From the NCBI GenBank assembly GCA_945860705.1, contig CAMART010000009.1, positions 38,248 through 102,247 of the forward strand: a stretch of DNA of 64,000 nt. Direction: 5' to 3'. The position numbers and the translations under genes were made by a program. A model generated the notes under the pieces. That model searched no databases. It was not told where the DNA came from and saw only the letters and a program-made list of their open reading frames with translations. Below, piece after piece: positions 20,456-29,728 of the stretch (positions within the stretch are counted from its first letter, which is position 1; each line of letters begins with the position of its first letter). Source of the DNA: Chitinophaga pinensis. Its GTDB lineage: Bacteria; Bacteroidota; Bacteroidia; Chitinophagales; CAMDFR01.

Positions 20456-20528
20456 GCCCAGTGACAATATAGAATTATACTTATAAAGGCTATCAACTTT
20501 ACTAATATTTTTTCTACCTTTGGCATCT

Positions 20529-21215
20529 ATGTCAGCCACTTATATATCATCTTTTTTGCATATCAAAAACCAAGAGGTTTATTTGAATGGTTCAATCTTT
20601 TTCAAAGATGAAGTGAATACAGATTTTGCAGGTTTTATAAGGGAGCTATACAGACATATCGGTATGAGCTATCCAAAGTTTTACAAAATGGATGATTTAT
20701 CGAAGTTAGCATTGATAGGTGGAGAAATAATCACTAAGAATACAAGTGATTCGTTCCTGCCTGAAGAAAAATCGATCATTTTTGCTAATAAATCTTCTAG
20801 TTTAGATACAGACTACAAACACCAAGAAGCCATAGATACGGGTCTTGCAAGTCCAGCGGTATTTGTATATACCTTGCCCAATATTAGCATCGGTGAAGTA
20901 GCTATCCGACACAAAATAATGGGTGAAAATTCGTTTTTCGTATCTGAAGAATTTGATATCAAAAACATGTTTTACAGAACAGATCCACTACATTTAGCCA
21001 ACAAGACTAAATACAGTATTTGCGCTTGGGTAGAGTATTTTCAAGGCAATTATGAATTGTTTTTGTATACAGTAGAACAAAATCCTATTTTAGACGTTAG
21101 CTCAATAGAAAAAATGCCTATTTTTGCAGGCTTATTAATAAAAGATAATAAAATCATTCATCACCCAAGCAATATAGAAATATTATATACAAATAATGGA
21201 AGACTTAAAAACTAA
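20529..21215 (+). CDS. beta-ketoacyl synthase N-terminal-like domain protein (non-canonical)
   Basis: Its position and size match the small KS-like proteins that precede ACP in aryl-polyene or flexirubin-type clusters. No catalytic Cys context is visible. Weak call. Confidence 0.5.
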   Translation: MSATYISSFLHIKNQEVYLNGSIFFKDEVNTDFAGFIRELYRHIGMSYPKFYKMDDLSKLALIGGEIITKNTSDSFLPEEKSIIFANKSSSLDTDYKHQEAIDTGLASPAVFVYTLPNISIGEVAIRHKIMGENSFFVSEEFDIKNMFYRTDPLHLANKTKYSICAWVEYFQGNYELFLYTVEQNPILDVSSIEKMPIFAGLLIKDNKIIHHPSNIEILYTNNGRLKN

Positions 21216-21456
21216 ACTAAAAGAACAATTGATAGAAGCTTTGAATCTAGAAGGTATGAAGCCAGAAGAAATTGATAATGCTGCTCCACTTTTTGGAGAA
21301 GGATTGGGGCTAGATTCTATAGATGCTCTAGAACTCATTGTATTATTAGAAAAAAACTATAATATACGTATAGAAGATCCAAAAGATGGACGTAAAGTAT
21401 TTCATAGTATAGATACTATGGCAGAGTTTATTCAGTCTAAACAACTTTCAGCATAA
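21196..21456 (+). CDS. acyl carrier protein (phosphopantetheine-binding)
   Basis: GLGLDSIDALELIVLLE contains the DS(I/L) attachment-serine motif. The size is 86 aa. Confidence 0.85.
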   Translation: MEDLKTKLKEQLIEALNLEGMKPEEIDNAAPLFGEGLGLDSIDALELIVLLEKNYNIRIEDPKDGRKVFHSIDTMAEFIQSKQLSA

Positions 21457-21468
21457 AAATAAACTAGC

Positions 21469-22698
21469 TTGTCCTCAAAAGTATATATTACGGGTATTGG
21501 AGCTATTACTGCTATAGGCAATAATGCAAAAGAAAATTTTGATAGTCTTGTTCATAAAAAACATGGACTCACTCATACTCGTTTTTTAAATACGATACAT
21601 AAAGAAATATTTCCTGTTTGTGAAATCAACTTGACAAATGATGCACTAGCTTCTATGCTAGGAATCGAAAACAAACAAGGTTATACCAGAACGGCACTGC
21701 TAGGAATGATAGCTGTAAAAGAAGCAATAGAAGATGCTGGTATCGCATGGAAAGAAAATACTTTAGAAAAAAAATATAAAACGGCACTTATCAATTCTAC
21801 TACTGTAGGTGGTATGCGCCATACAGAAGAAATCTATTTAGATTTATTAGAAAAGGAAAGTCAACCGGAAACGAATAGCTATATCGATACCCATGATTTG
21901 GGTGAATGTACCGAACGTATAGCAGATTATTTTGGAGTGAAATCATACATTACTACTATCAGTACAGCTTGCTCCTCTAGTGCCAATGCTATCATGCTTG
22001 GCGTGCGATTGATACAACAAGGCATTGTAGATAGAGCCATATGCGGTGGTGTAGATTCACTCAGCAAATTTACTATCAATGGATTTAATACTTTGATGAT
22101 TTTAGATAAAGAACATTGTAGACCTTTTGACAATACTCGTGTTGGGCTCAATCTAGGAGAGGGAGCAGGATATGTAATACTCGAAAGTGAAAAGATAGTA
22201 CAAGAAGAAAATAAAAAACCATCTTGTTTTGTATCAGGTTTTGCCAATACTAATGATGCATTTCATCAAACGGCCTCTTCGCCCAATGGTGATGGCGCAT
22301 TTATGGCTATGAGTCAGGCTTTGGCTATGGCACATTTAGAACCTAAAGATATTTCTTATATCAATGTACATGGTACAGCTACACCCAATAACGATTTAAG
22401 TGAAGGTAGAGCTATGGAGCGATTGTTTGGTACAGATGATGCACCAAAATTTAGTAGTACCAAACCATATACAGGCCATACTCTAGCAGCATGTGGTGGG
22501 ATAGAAGCGGTATATGGTGTGATGGCTATAGAAAATGGAGTGATATATCCATCGCTCAATTTTAATGAAAAGATGGAAGAACTCACCATACAGCCTGAGA
22601 CAGAAACATTGACAGGAGTAGAAGTAAATCATGTACTATCCAATTCATTTGGATTTGGAGGAAATAACTCAACAGTAATTATTAGTAAAGTAAAATGA
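21469..22698 (+). CDS. beta-ketoacyl-[ACP] synthase (KAS I/II-like)
   Basis: Active-site contexts STACSSS (Cys), VHGTATPNND (His), GHTLAACG (His) and SFGFGGNN at the C-terminus. TTG start. Confidence 0.9.
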   Translation: MSSKVYITGIGAITAIGNNAKENFDSLVHKKHGLTHTRFLNTIHKEIFPVCEINLTNDALASMLGIENKQGYTRTALLGMIAVKEAIEDAGIAWKENTLEKKYKTALINSTTVGGMRHTEEIYLDLLEKESQPETNSYIDTHDLGECTERIADYFGVKSYITTISTACSSSANAIMLGVRLIQQGIVDRAICGGVDSLSKFTINGFNTLMILDKEHCRPFDNTRVGLNLGEGAGYVILESEKIVQEENKKPSCFVSGFANTNDAFHQTASSPNGDGAFMAMSQALAMAHLEPKDISYINVHGTATPNNDLSEGRAMERLFGTDDAPKFSSTKPYTGHTLAACGGIEAVYGVMAIENGVIYPSLNFNEKMEELTIQPETETLTGVEVNHVLSNSFGFGGNNSTVIISKVK

Positions 22699-23762
22699 TC
22701 AAGTCAGTATACATAAATGGAATAGCAGCTATCTCTCCTCAAAATACATTTGAAGGGGATGACTTTTTTTCAGCGCCTATTTCATTTGATGACAATTACT
22801 TGCTAGTACAAGATGCAGATTATAAAAAATATATAAATCCGGTACAAATAAGACGTATGAGTAGGATACTAAAAATATCTTATTCTACTGCTCGCAAAGC
22901 AATAGAAGATGCAGGAGTAGTGAGCTTAGATGCGATTATTACAGGGTCTGGATATGGCTGTATAGATGATACAGAAAAGTTTCTGCTTTCTATGCTTCAT
23001 CAAAATGAACAAATGCTCAATCCTACAGCATTTATGCAGTCTACGCATAACTCTGTTAGTGGTATTGTAGCTCTCAATATGAAATGCAATTCGTATAATT
23101 TCACCTATGTTCATAGAGGATTGTCTTTTGAGTCATCTATGATTGATGCCATGATACACATACAAGAAGGCATGAAAAATATATTGGTTGGTGGTTTTGA
23201 GGAGAATAGTAAAAATCATTATCAGGTTACCAATAAAATATCATTTTGGAAAAAAAATAATATCAATTCACTAGAACTTTTAGCAGATAATAATATTGGT
23301 ACTATAGCTGGTGAAGGAGCAAATTTCTTTGTGATTTCAGGAGAGAAAAATGAACATACCTATGCTTCAATCCTAGATATTGCAATGCTCTATAAACCTA
23401 CTAGCGATGAAGAAGTAAGCAAAGCAATTCAAGATTTATTAGCAAAAAATAATCTTACTACTGATGATGTAGATGTATACCTTACAGGATTGAATGGAGA
23501 TAATACTTTAGACTCTACATATTACAATATGGCAGAAAAATTATTTGCAAGCAAGTCTATGTTGTATTTCAAACATCTTTGTGGGGAATATTATACAGCT
23601 CCATCTTTTGGATTGTGGGTAGCATCTATGATACTCAAAAAACAAATGATACCTGATATATTGTATTGTAAAAAACAAGCTACGAACTCTGTGAAATATA
23701 TATTATTACACAATCATTATAGAAACATCAATCATGGTTTCTGTCTATTAAAACATGAGTAA
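22695..23762 (+). CDS. ketosynthase-like protein lacking the catalytic Cys context (chain-length-factor-like partner)
   Basis: The N-terminus is thiolase-fold-like (VYINGIAAISPQ). The position equivalent to the KS Cys reads QSTHNSVSG. It overlaps the upstream KS stop by 4 nt. Confidence 0.65.
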   Translation: MIKSVYINGIAAISPQNTFEGDDFFSAPISFDDNYLLVQDADYKKYINPVQIRRMSRILKISYSTARKAIEDAGVVSLDAIITGSGYGCIDDTEKFLLSMLHQNEQMLNPTAFMQSTHNSVSGIVALNMKCNSYNFTYVHRGLSFESSMIDAMIHIQEGMKNILVGGFEENSKNHYQVTNKISFWKKNNINSLELLADNNIGTIAGEGANFFVISGEKNEHTYASILDIAMLYKPTSDEEVSKAIQDLLAKNNLTTDDVDVYLTGLNGDNTLDSTYYNMAEKLFASKSMLYFKHLCGEYYTAPSFGLWVASMILKKQMIPDILYCKKQATNSVKYILLHNHYRNINHGFCLLKHE

Positions 23763-24525
23763 ATATAAAGTTGTAAATCTTATATTTATTGTGCTTATTG
23801 GTATCGCAATTTATTTAGTGTACAGCAAGCAGATTCCATTTTATTTGATACTGATTCTATTATTTTTTCACTCCATCATTATCGCACTAGGAGCCTATTT
23901 TATTCAGTTCAATTTTTTTGTAAAATCTTTTAATAAAGGAATAAATTCAACTAAAAGTATTTCGCTCACTTTTGATGATGGCCCACATGAGAATACACTT
24001 AAAGTTATAGAGGTACTAAAAAAGTATGATATTAAAGCATCATTTTTTTTAATAGGTAAAAACATCAAAGGCAAAGAAGATATACTCAAAAAGATAATTG
24101 ATGATGGTCATTTGGTAGGCAATCATTCGTATAAACATGATTTTTGGTATAGTATAAAATCAGTTAAAAATTTAGTTGCAGATATTCATCAAAATAATGC
24201 AGCTATTTCATCCATTACAGGATTAATATCAAACTGGTTTAGACCACCCTACGGAGTCACTAATCCTAGAATAGCCAATGCCATAAAAGCAACAAATATG
24301 AAATCTATTGGATGGAGTATACGAAGCTATGATACAGTAGGTGCAGATACCAATGCTACACTCAATAGAATATGCAAACAAATAAATGGTGCAGATATCG
24401 TATTGATGCATGATCATCTGGATACTACGGCACAGTTATTGGAAGATTTGATATTGTATTGCAAAAAAGAAAAGATTGAAATTTTGCCACTAGATAAAAT
24501 GATAAATATAAAACCATATGCGTAA
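23755..24525 (+). CDS. polysaccharide deacetylase (NodB/CE4) family protein with N-terminal TM segments
   Basis: NodB motifs TFDDGP, GNHSY.H and RPPYG. Confidence 0.85.
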   Translation: MSKYKVVNLIFIVLIGIAIYLVYSKQIPFYLILILLFFHSIIIALGAYFIQFNFFVKSFNKGINSTKSISLTFDDGPHENTLKVIEVLKKYDIKASFFLIGKNIKGKEDILKKIIDDGHLVGNHSYKHDFWYSIKSVKNLVADIHQNNAAISSITGLISNWFRPPYGVTNPRIANAIKATNMKSIGWSIRSYDTVGADTNATLNRICKQINGADIVLMHDHLDTTAQLLEDLILYCKKEKIEILPLDKMINIKPYA

Positions 24526-25159
24526 AATTATTTTTGTACTAAATAGTGTTTTGTTGATATGGAGTCTGGGAGCTAGCGTGCAAGCCCAAACATACACTCC
24601 TGTAAAAGATATAGAAGCAGTAAAACAAAAAATAGCTACAGCTAGTAAAAATATGAATAGCATGCAATCTAATTTTTCGCAAGAAAAATATATGAGTGTG
24701 ATGAGCCAAAAAATACAAAGCAAAGGTTTATTTTATTTTAAAAAAAACAATCAGGTAAGATGGGAATATACTGAGCCGTACAAATATATCATCGTGCTTG
24801 CAGGCGGAAAAATCCAAATAAAAGATGAAAAGAAAGTAAGTGAGTATGATATGAATGCCAATAAAGCATTTAAGCAAATCAATGATATGATGATACAATT
24901 AGTGCAGGGAAATGTACTGAATAGCACTTCATATATCATAAAATATTCAGAGTCTAGTACTAATTATTTACTAGATATGACACCTACAGATAAGAAACTA
25001 AAGTCTATGTTTAAGAACATTCAATTGTATTTTGATAAGAATACTTATGAGGTTAGTTCGTTTAAAATGATTGAAAATAACGGAGATTATACACTCATCA
25101 AATTCTCCAATAAAAAACAAAATGTAGCTATAGATGCTAGTAAGTTTGTTTTGAAATAA
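24518..25159 (+). CDS. LolA-like outer-membrane lipoprotein carrier family protein
   Basis: Signal peptide, then F.Q.......S......KG.FYF.K....RWEY..P....IV..G, the LolA-fold signature. Confidence 0.65.
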   Translation: MRKIIFVLNSVLLIWSLGASVQAQTYTPVKDIEAVKQKIATASKNMNSMQSNFSQEKYMSVMSQKIQSKGLFYFKKNNQVRWEYTEPYKYIIVLAGGKIQIKDEKKVSEYDMNANKAFKQINDMMIQLVQGNVLNSTSYIIKYSESSTNYLLDMTPTDKKLKSMFKNIQLYFDKNTYEVSSFKMIENNGDYTLIKFSNKKQNVAIDASKFVLK

Positions 25160-25160
25160 G

Positions 25161-25245
25161 CTTAGATACTAGATGCTAGACACTAGATTTAATGCTGATT
25201 AAATATCTAACTACTAATATCTAACGTCTAGCGTCTAAATATATT
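25161..25245. repeat. heptad-periodic tract (TAGAYNN x4, then the inverted CTA-phase x5)
   Basis: TAG occurs at 25163, 25170, 25177 and 25184. CTA occurs at 25207, 25214, 25221, 25228 and 25235. The two halves are imperfectly complementary. Confidence 0.75.
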
Positions 25246-25260
25246 AGTATTTTTGTTTTG

Positions 25261-25866
25261 ATGAAATTTTCAAAGAAAATATTCCTTTTGTTTTTATTTT
25301 TTATAGCTTTTCAAGTAAGTAAAGCGCAAGATAGTATCGTGTCTTTTTTCAATGAAAGAGATACGGTTTATCTATATCATACCTTACTAGATGTGTATAC
25401 TTTTCATTTTAGTGGAGTGATGGCTATCAAAAAACTAGAAACTCAACATAGAATAATTTTTAGTACTGAAACGGGCGCAACACTCTTTGACTTTACTATA
25501 GAAAAAAATAAATGCAAGACTAACTATATCATGAAAGAGATGGAAAATCCCATTTTTGTAAAATTGATTAAAACTGATTTATTAGACTTAGTACAAAGTT
25601 ATTTAGAGAAAAAGAATTATACAGATAAAGTAAAAGTATCAAATTATTCAAATTCTAATTTTAGATTAGATAATAATGGAAATCAAAATATAGTTTATAT
25701 TAGTGGATGTACCATTGATTTTATAAATAATAAAAATATTTATAAGACTATATCTCATATTAAATCAGATGAAAATGGAATAGTATCTTATGTAATAAAT
25801 ATTATACACAATAATCTTCCCATCAAAATAGAACTAAGTAAGTTTTATAATACCATAGAAGAATAG
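25261..25866 (+). CDS. hypothetical secreted protein
   Basis: Signal peptide (FFIAFQVSKAQ). No recognised motif. Confidence 0.5.
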   Translation: MKFSKKIFLLFLFFIAFQVSKAQDSIVSFFNERDTVYLYHTLLDVYTFHFSGVMAIKKLETQHRIIFSTETGATLFDFTIEKNKCKTNYIMKEMENPIFVKLIKTDLLDLVQSYLEKKNYTDKVKVSNYSNSNFRLDNNGNQNIVYISGCTIDFINNKNIYKTISHIKSDENGIVSYVINIIHNNLPIKIELSKFYNTIEE

Positions 25867-25966
25867 ATATTAGAAAGTAGGAGTTTGATGATAAATTTGA
25901 ATTAATATGAATATTTGTACAATTAAAATATTCATAATTCAAAATTAATTAATTCAGAATTAATTA
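25864..25966. repeat. heptad-periodic tract between convergent genes (TAG phase, then ATTCAAA phase)
   Basis: TAG occurs at 25864 (the real stop), 25871 and 25878. The heptads ATTCATA, ATTCAAA, ATTAATT, AATTCAG and AATTAAT span 25930-25964 and abut the stop of the minus-strand gene. Confidence 0.7.
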
Positions 25967-26992
25967 ATGCTCTCTACCATGTATTTTTTCTGCCAATTGA
26001 CGTAATATTGTTTTACTAGATTCGTCAGTATGTATATTATCTAAGTAGTGAATACATTCATGATAGTATTTATCTATACGAGCTGTTGTGTATTCTTCTA
26101 TTTTGTATTTATTAAAGATAGCTTTTACTTCATTGATTTTTTTCTCTTCATCGGTTTCATCCATCAAGTTGAGTAATGCTTTTTTATCAGCATCATCAGC
26201 CATTCTCAAAGCATTGATTAGTAAGAAGGTTTTTTTGTTGTTTAGTATATCTCCACCTATTCGTTTACCAACTTTAGCTTGTTCGCCAAATGTATCTAAC
26301 AAATCATCTTTTATTTGAAATGATAAACCAAGATACAAACCAAAATTGTAAATACTTTCTTGATCTTCAGATGATGCACCTGCTATGATTGCCCCAGCCT
26401 TTAGGCTACAAGCTAGCAAGACAGATGTTTTATATTCTATCATCTTGATATATTCTTCTTCAGCTACATCTAGACGTGTTTCAAAATCTACATCCAATTG
26501 CTGACCTTCATATATTTCGATGCTTGTTTTATTGAATACTTCTAATAATTCGGGTAGGCAACTTACAGGCGACATACATAGATATTTGTATGCATAAGAT
26601 AACATTGCATCGCCAGCTAGTATACCTGCATTTGTTCCAAAAACCTTATGAACTGTTGGATGACCTCTACGTATATCGGCTTTATCCATGATATCGTCAT
26701 GTACTAAAGTAAAATTATGGAAAACCTCCATAGCAAACGATGCATATAGAGCGTCTTTTATTTTTCCACCAAACATTTCACACGACATGAGGCAGAGCAT
26801 TGGTCGTATTCTTTTGCCTGGTATAGACATGATATGTTTTACGGGTTCATATAAGCCTTTCGGCTCAAAATCAAAGTGATCGGTACTAAAAGTCTCTTGA
26901 TATAACTTATATAAGTCTTCAGATGTATGCATTTTTGGGTAGGTTTCTATAGTATTACTGATATAGTCGTTTACAATTTCTTGAATAAACAT
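25964..26992 (-). CDS. polyprenyl diphosphate synthase (trans-isoprenyl synthetase family)
   Basis: First DDxxD motif LVHDDIMDKADIRRG and second motif FQIKDDLLD. Confidence 0.9.
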   Translation of the reverse strand: MFIQEIVNDYISNTIETYPKMHTSEDLYKLYQETFSTDHFDFEPKGLYEPVKHIMSIPGKRIRPMLCLMSCEMFGGKIKDALYASFAMEVFHNFTLVHDDIMDKADIRRGHPTVHKVFGTNAGILAGDAMLSYAYKYLCMSPVSCLPELLEVFNKTSIEIYEGQQLDVDFETRLDVAEEEYIKMIEYKTSVLLACSLKAGAIIAGASSEDQESIYNFGLYLGLSFQIKDDLLDTFGEQAKVGKRIGGDILNNKKTFLLINALRMADDADKKALLNLMDETDEEKKINEVKAIFNKYKIEEYTTARIDKYYHECIHYLDNIHTDESSKTILRQLAEKIHGREH

Positions 26993-27146
26993 TTTACAAA
27001 TTTATAAGAATAAACACATTATTAATATAAAAGTTTACACAATATGCTACTCAAAATGTATTTTATTCATAACTTTATCATCTATTTATAATTAAACTAT
27101 ATATTTCGATAAAATACTAAAGATTGTATTTTAGCGTTTTTAGCCT

Positions 27147-29651
27147 ATGAGATTTTGTATTATTTTTATCATAATTGTTTTTAGTAGCATATCTTTCAAC
27201 CTATTAGCCCAAGATGTTGGTTTAGTAAATGGTACCTTGGTCAATGAAAAACGAGAACCACTTTCCAATATATCCATTATAGTATTAGAAGATGCTACAA
27301 AAGGCACTGTTTCAGATTCTCTTGGAAATTTTAGTTTAAAACTTCCTGCAAATACACGTTGGACGCTTCAATACACCTCTCTCAATACCGAAAAATTCTC
27401 TAGAACAGTTAAGTTGAAATCTAATGAAACGCTAGAAATAAAAGAAATCTTAGTAGAAAAAACCAAAACATTTGATCAAGTAAATATCAATGGTTCTAAA
27501 GACAGAGAAAATAATACGGTACTCTGGAAACCAATGGAAACAATACTTAGTCCAGGTGGCTTTGTGGAAGATCAACTCCGGTATATGGGTGCAAATAAAA
27601 TAGGTGGGGAGCTAAGTTCAGCCTATGCAGTGCGTGGTGGTAGTTTCGATGAAAATCTGGTTTATGTCAATGATTTTGAAATATACAGACCTTACTTAAT
27701 TAGAAGCGGTCAGCAAGAAGGCTTGTCTTTTTCAAATCCAGATTTGATCAATAATATAAAATTTAGTGCGGGTGGATTTCAAGCAAAATATGGCGATAAG
27801 ATGAGTAGTGTTCTAGATGTGACTTATAAAAGACCTCAAACTTTTGGTGGTTCTGTAAGTGCTAGTTTACTAGGTTTTTCAGCTCATTTAGAAGGAGTAA
27901 GTAAAGATACTAATTTTACTTTTTTATTGGGTTTTAGAAATAAATCCAATCAATATTTGATATCTAGCCTTCAACAGAAAGGACAATATGCACCTGTTTT
28001 TTATGATGTGCAAACATATATGACCTATAAATTCAAAGAAAAACATGTACTAGAGTTATTAGCAAATTATGCATATAATGAATATAAATTTCAACCGCTC
28101 AATCAAGTAACTGATTTTGGTCTAGCTAATCAAACTATACGAATTGATATAGGTTTTGATGGACAAGAAAGAAACAAATACAGAAATATAATGGGAGGTT
28201 TGGCATATTCTGTAGAGCCTATCAAAAAACTGAAATTAAAATTTATGCTCGCAACATACAACTCAAATGAGATAGAAGCTTTTGATATAATTAGTGAATA
28301 CAGAATCGGTGAAGTAGAAAAAACAGATATCAATAGAGAAGATTTTAATACCATAAAATATTCACTAGGTAATGGTACTACACACAATTTTGGTAGAAAT
28401 AACCTGCAAATACAAATATACAATGCACGTCATTTAGGTTCATATTATTCAAAAAGCAATACACTCAACTGGGGCATTTCTTACAAATACGAAATAGTAG
28501 CCGATGAACTAAAAGAATGGAGAAAATTTGATTCAGCTGGTTTTACTCTTCCTTATCAAAATGGCACTATCACAGTTCCTTATTATTTAAAATCAAGTAT
28601 TAATATAGCTTCTAGCAGAATAGAAGCACACCTTCAAAATACTTGGAGATGGAATGGAGATAATAAATGGACCATCACTGCAGGTGCTAGAATCCAATAC
28701 TGGTCGCTGAATAAAGATATCATTGCTAGTCCTAGATTGCAGATTGGATTTAAGCCACGAACCAAAAAAAGTAATGTCACGCTTACATTTGCAACCGGAC
28801 TTTATCAGCAAGCACCTTTTTATAGAGAGATGCGAAATAATGAAGGAATAGTCAATCAAAATCTGAAAGCACAAAAATCTTATCATGCAGTATTTACTAC
28901 AGACTATGAGTTCACTGCATGGAAACGTCCATTCAAATTTTCTACAGAGCTCTACTACAAGTATATGTGGAATATAGTACCTTATGATTTGGATAATACT
29001 TTGATACGATATTTTGGAACTAATAATGGAGTGGGTTATGCTTATGGTGTAGATTTTAGATTGAACGGAGAGCTTGCAAAAGGTGACCAATCATGGATTT
29101 CGATGAATATCATGAATGCACGTATGAATATACTGGATGATTATTACAAAGAATATTTTGATACTTCCGGAAGAAAAACCTATCCTCAATTCGCCAATCA
29201 AAATGAAGCTGTAGACAGTGCCATAGTTTATCCAGGCTATATACCTACACCTACAGACCAGCGAGTGAGTTTCAATTTGTTTTTTCAAGATCATATACCT
29301 AGATTGCCAGAGCTAAAAGTACATGTAAATATGGATTTTGCAACGGGTCTACCTTTTGGTCCACCAGATGGAAGAAAAAATTTGGATACATTGCGTATAC
29401 CTTCATACAAAAGAGTTGACGTAGGTTTCAGCGGACAGCTATACAATAGCGAATGGAAAAAACACCATATCAATAAAACAATTTTCAAAAGTTTAAAGTC
29501 TATATGGTTGAGCTTTGAAGTCTTTAATATTTTGGGTATCAATAATACGGTTTCATATATCTGGATAAAAGATTATTACCAAAGACAATTTGCAGTACCC
29601 AACTACCTCTCCAATCGGAGATTTAATGCAAGGTTAGTGATTAAGTTTTAA
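27147..29651 (+). CDS. TonB-dependent receptor (CarboxypepD_reg N-terminus)
   Basis: Signal peptide, then GTLVNEKREPLSNISI, a plug region and a long beta-barrel ending ...RLVIKF. Confidence 0.8.
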   Translation: MRFCIIFIIIVFSSISFNLLAQDVGLVNGTLVNEKREPLSNISIIVLEDATKGTVSDSLGNFSLKLPANTRWTLQYTSLNTEKFSRTVKLKSNETLEIKEILVEKTKTFDQVNINGSKDRENNTVLWKPMETILSPGGFVEDQLRYMGANKIGGELSSAYAVRGGSFDENLVYVNDFEIYRPYLIRSGQQEGLSFSNPDLINNIKFSAGGFQAKYGDKMSSVLDVTYKRPQTFGGSVSASLLGFSAHLEGVSKDTNFTFLLGFRNKSNQYLISSLQQKGQYAPVFYDVQTYMTYKFKEKHVLELLANYAYNEYKFQPLNQVTDFGLANQTIRIDIGFDGQERNKYRNIMGGLAYSVEPIKKLKLKFMLATYNSNEIEAFDIISEYRIGEVEKTDINREDFNTIKYSLGNGTTHNFGRNNLQIQIYNARHLGSYYSKSNTLNWGISYKYEIVADELKEWRKFDSAGFTLPYQNGTITVPYYLKSSINIASSRIEAHLQNTWRWNGDNKWTITAGARIQYWSLNKDIIASPRLQIGFKPRTKKSNVTLTFATGLYQQAPFYREMRNNEGIVNQNLKAQKSYHAVFTTDYEFTAWKRPFKFSTELYYKYMWNIVPYDLDNTLIRYFGTNNGVGYAYGVDFRLNGELAKGDQSWISMNIMNARMNILDDYYKEYFDTSGRKTYPQFANQNEAVDSAIVYPGYIPTPTDQRVSFNLFFQDHIPRLPELKVHVNMDFATGLPFGPPDGRKNLDTLRIPSYKRVDVGFSGQLYNSEWKKHHINKTIFKSLKSIWLSFEVFNILGINNTVSYIWIKDYYQRQFAVPNYLSNRRFNARLVIKF

Positions 29652-29703
29652 TTAATATGATCTATTTAACAAAATATAATATTTTATTACTAATAATGAT
29701 TGT

Positions 29704-29717
29704 AATATTGCAATATT
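29704..29717. promoter_or_regulatory. candidate ArsR operator (14-bp perfect palindrome AATATTGCAATATT)
   Basis: A perfect palindrome ending 11 nt upstream of the preferred arsR ATG. Note that AT-rich palindromes arise easily by chance. Confidence 0.35.
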
Positions 29718-29728
29718 ATAATATAACA

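Noticed and set aside
20314-20539. Two minus-strand ORFs (70 and 63 aa) in the spacer upstream of the ACP cluster.
   Set aside because: They overlap each other and exactly cover the hairpin-rich element. Their translations have no signal or domain features, so they are more likely by-products of a structured non-coding region.
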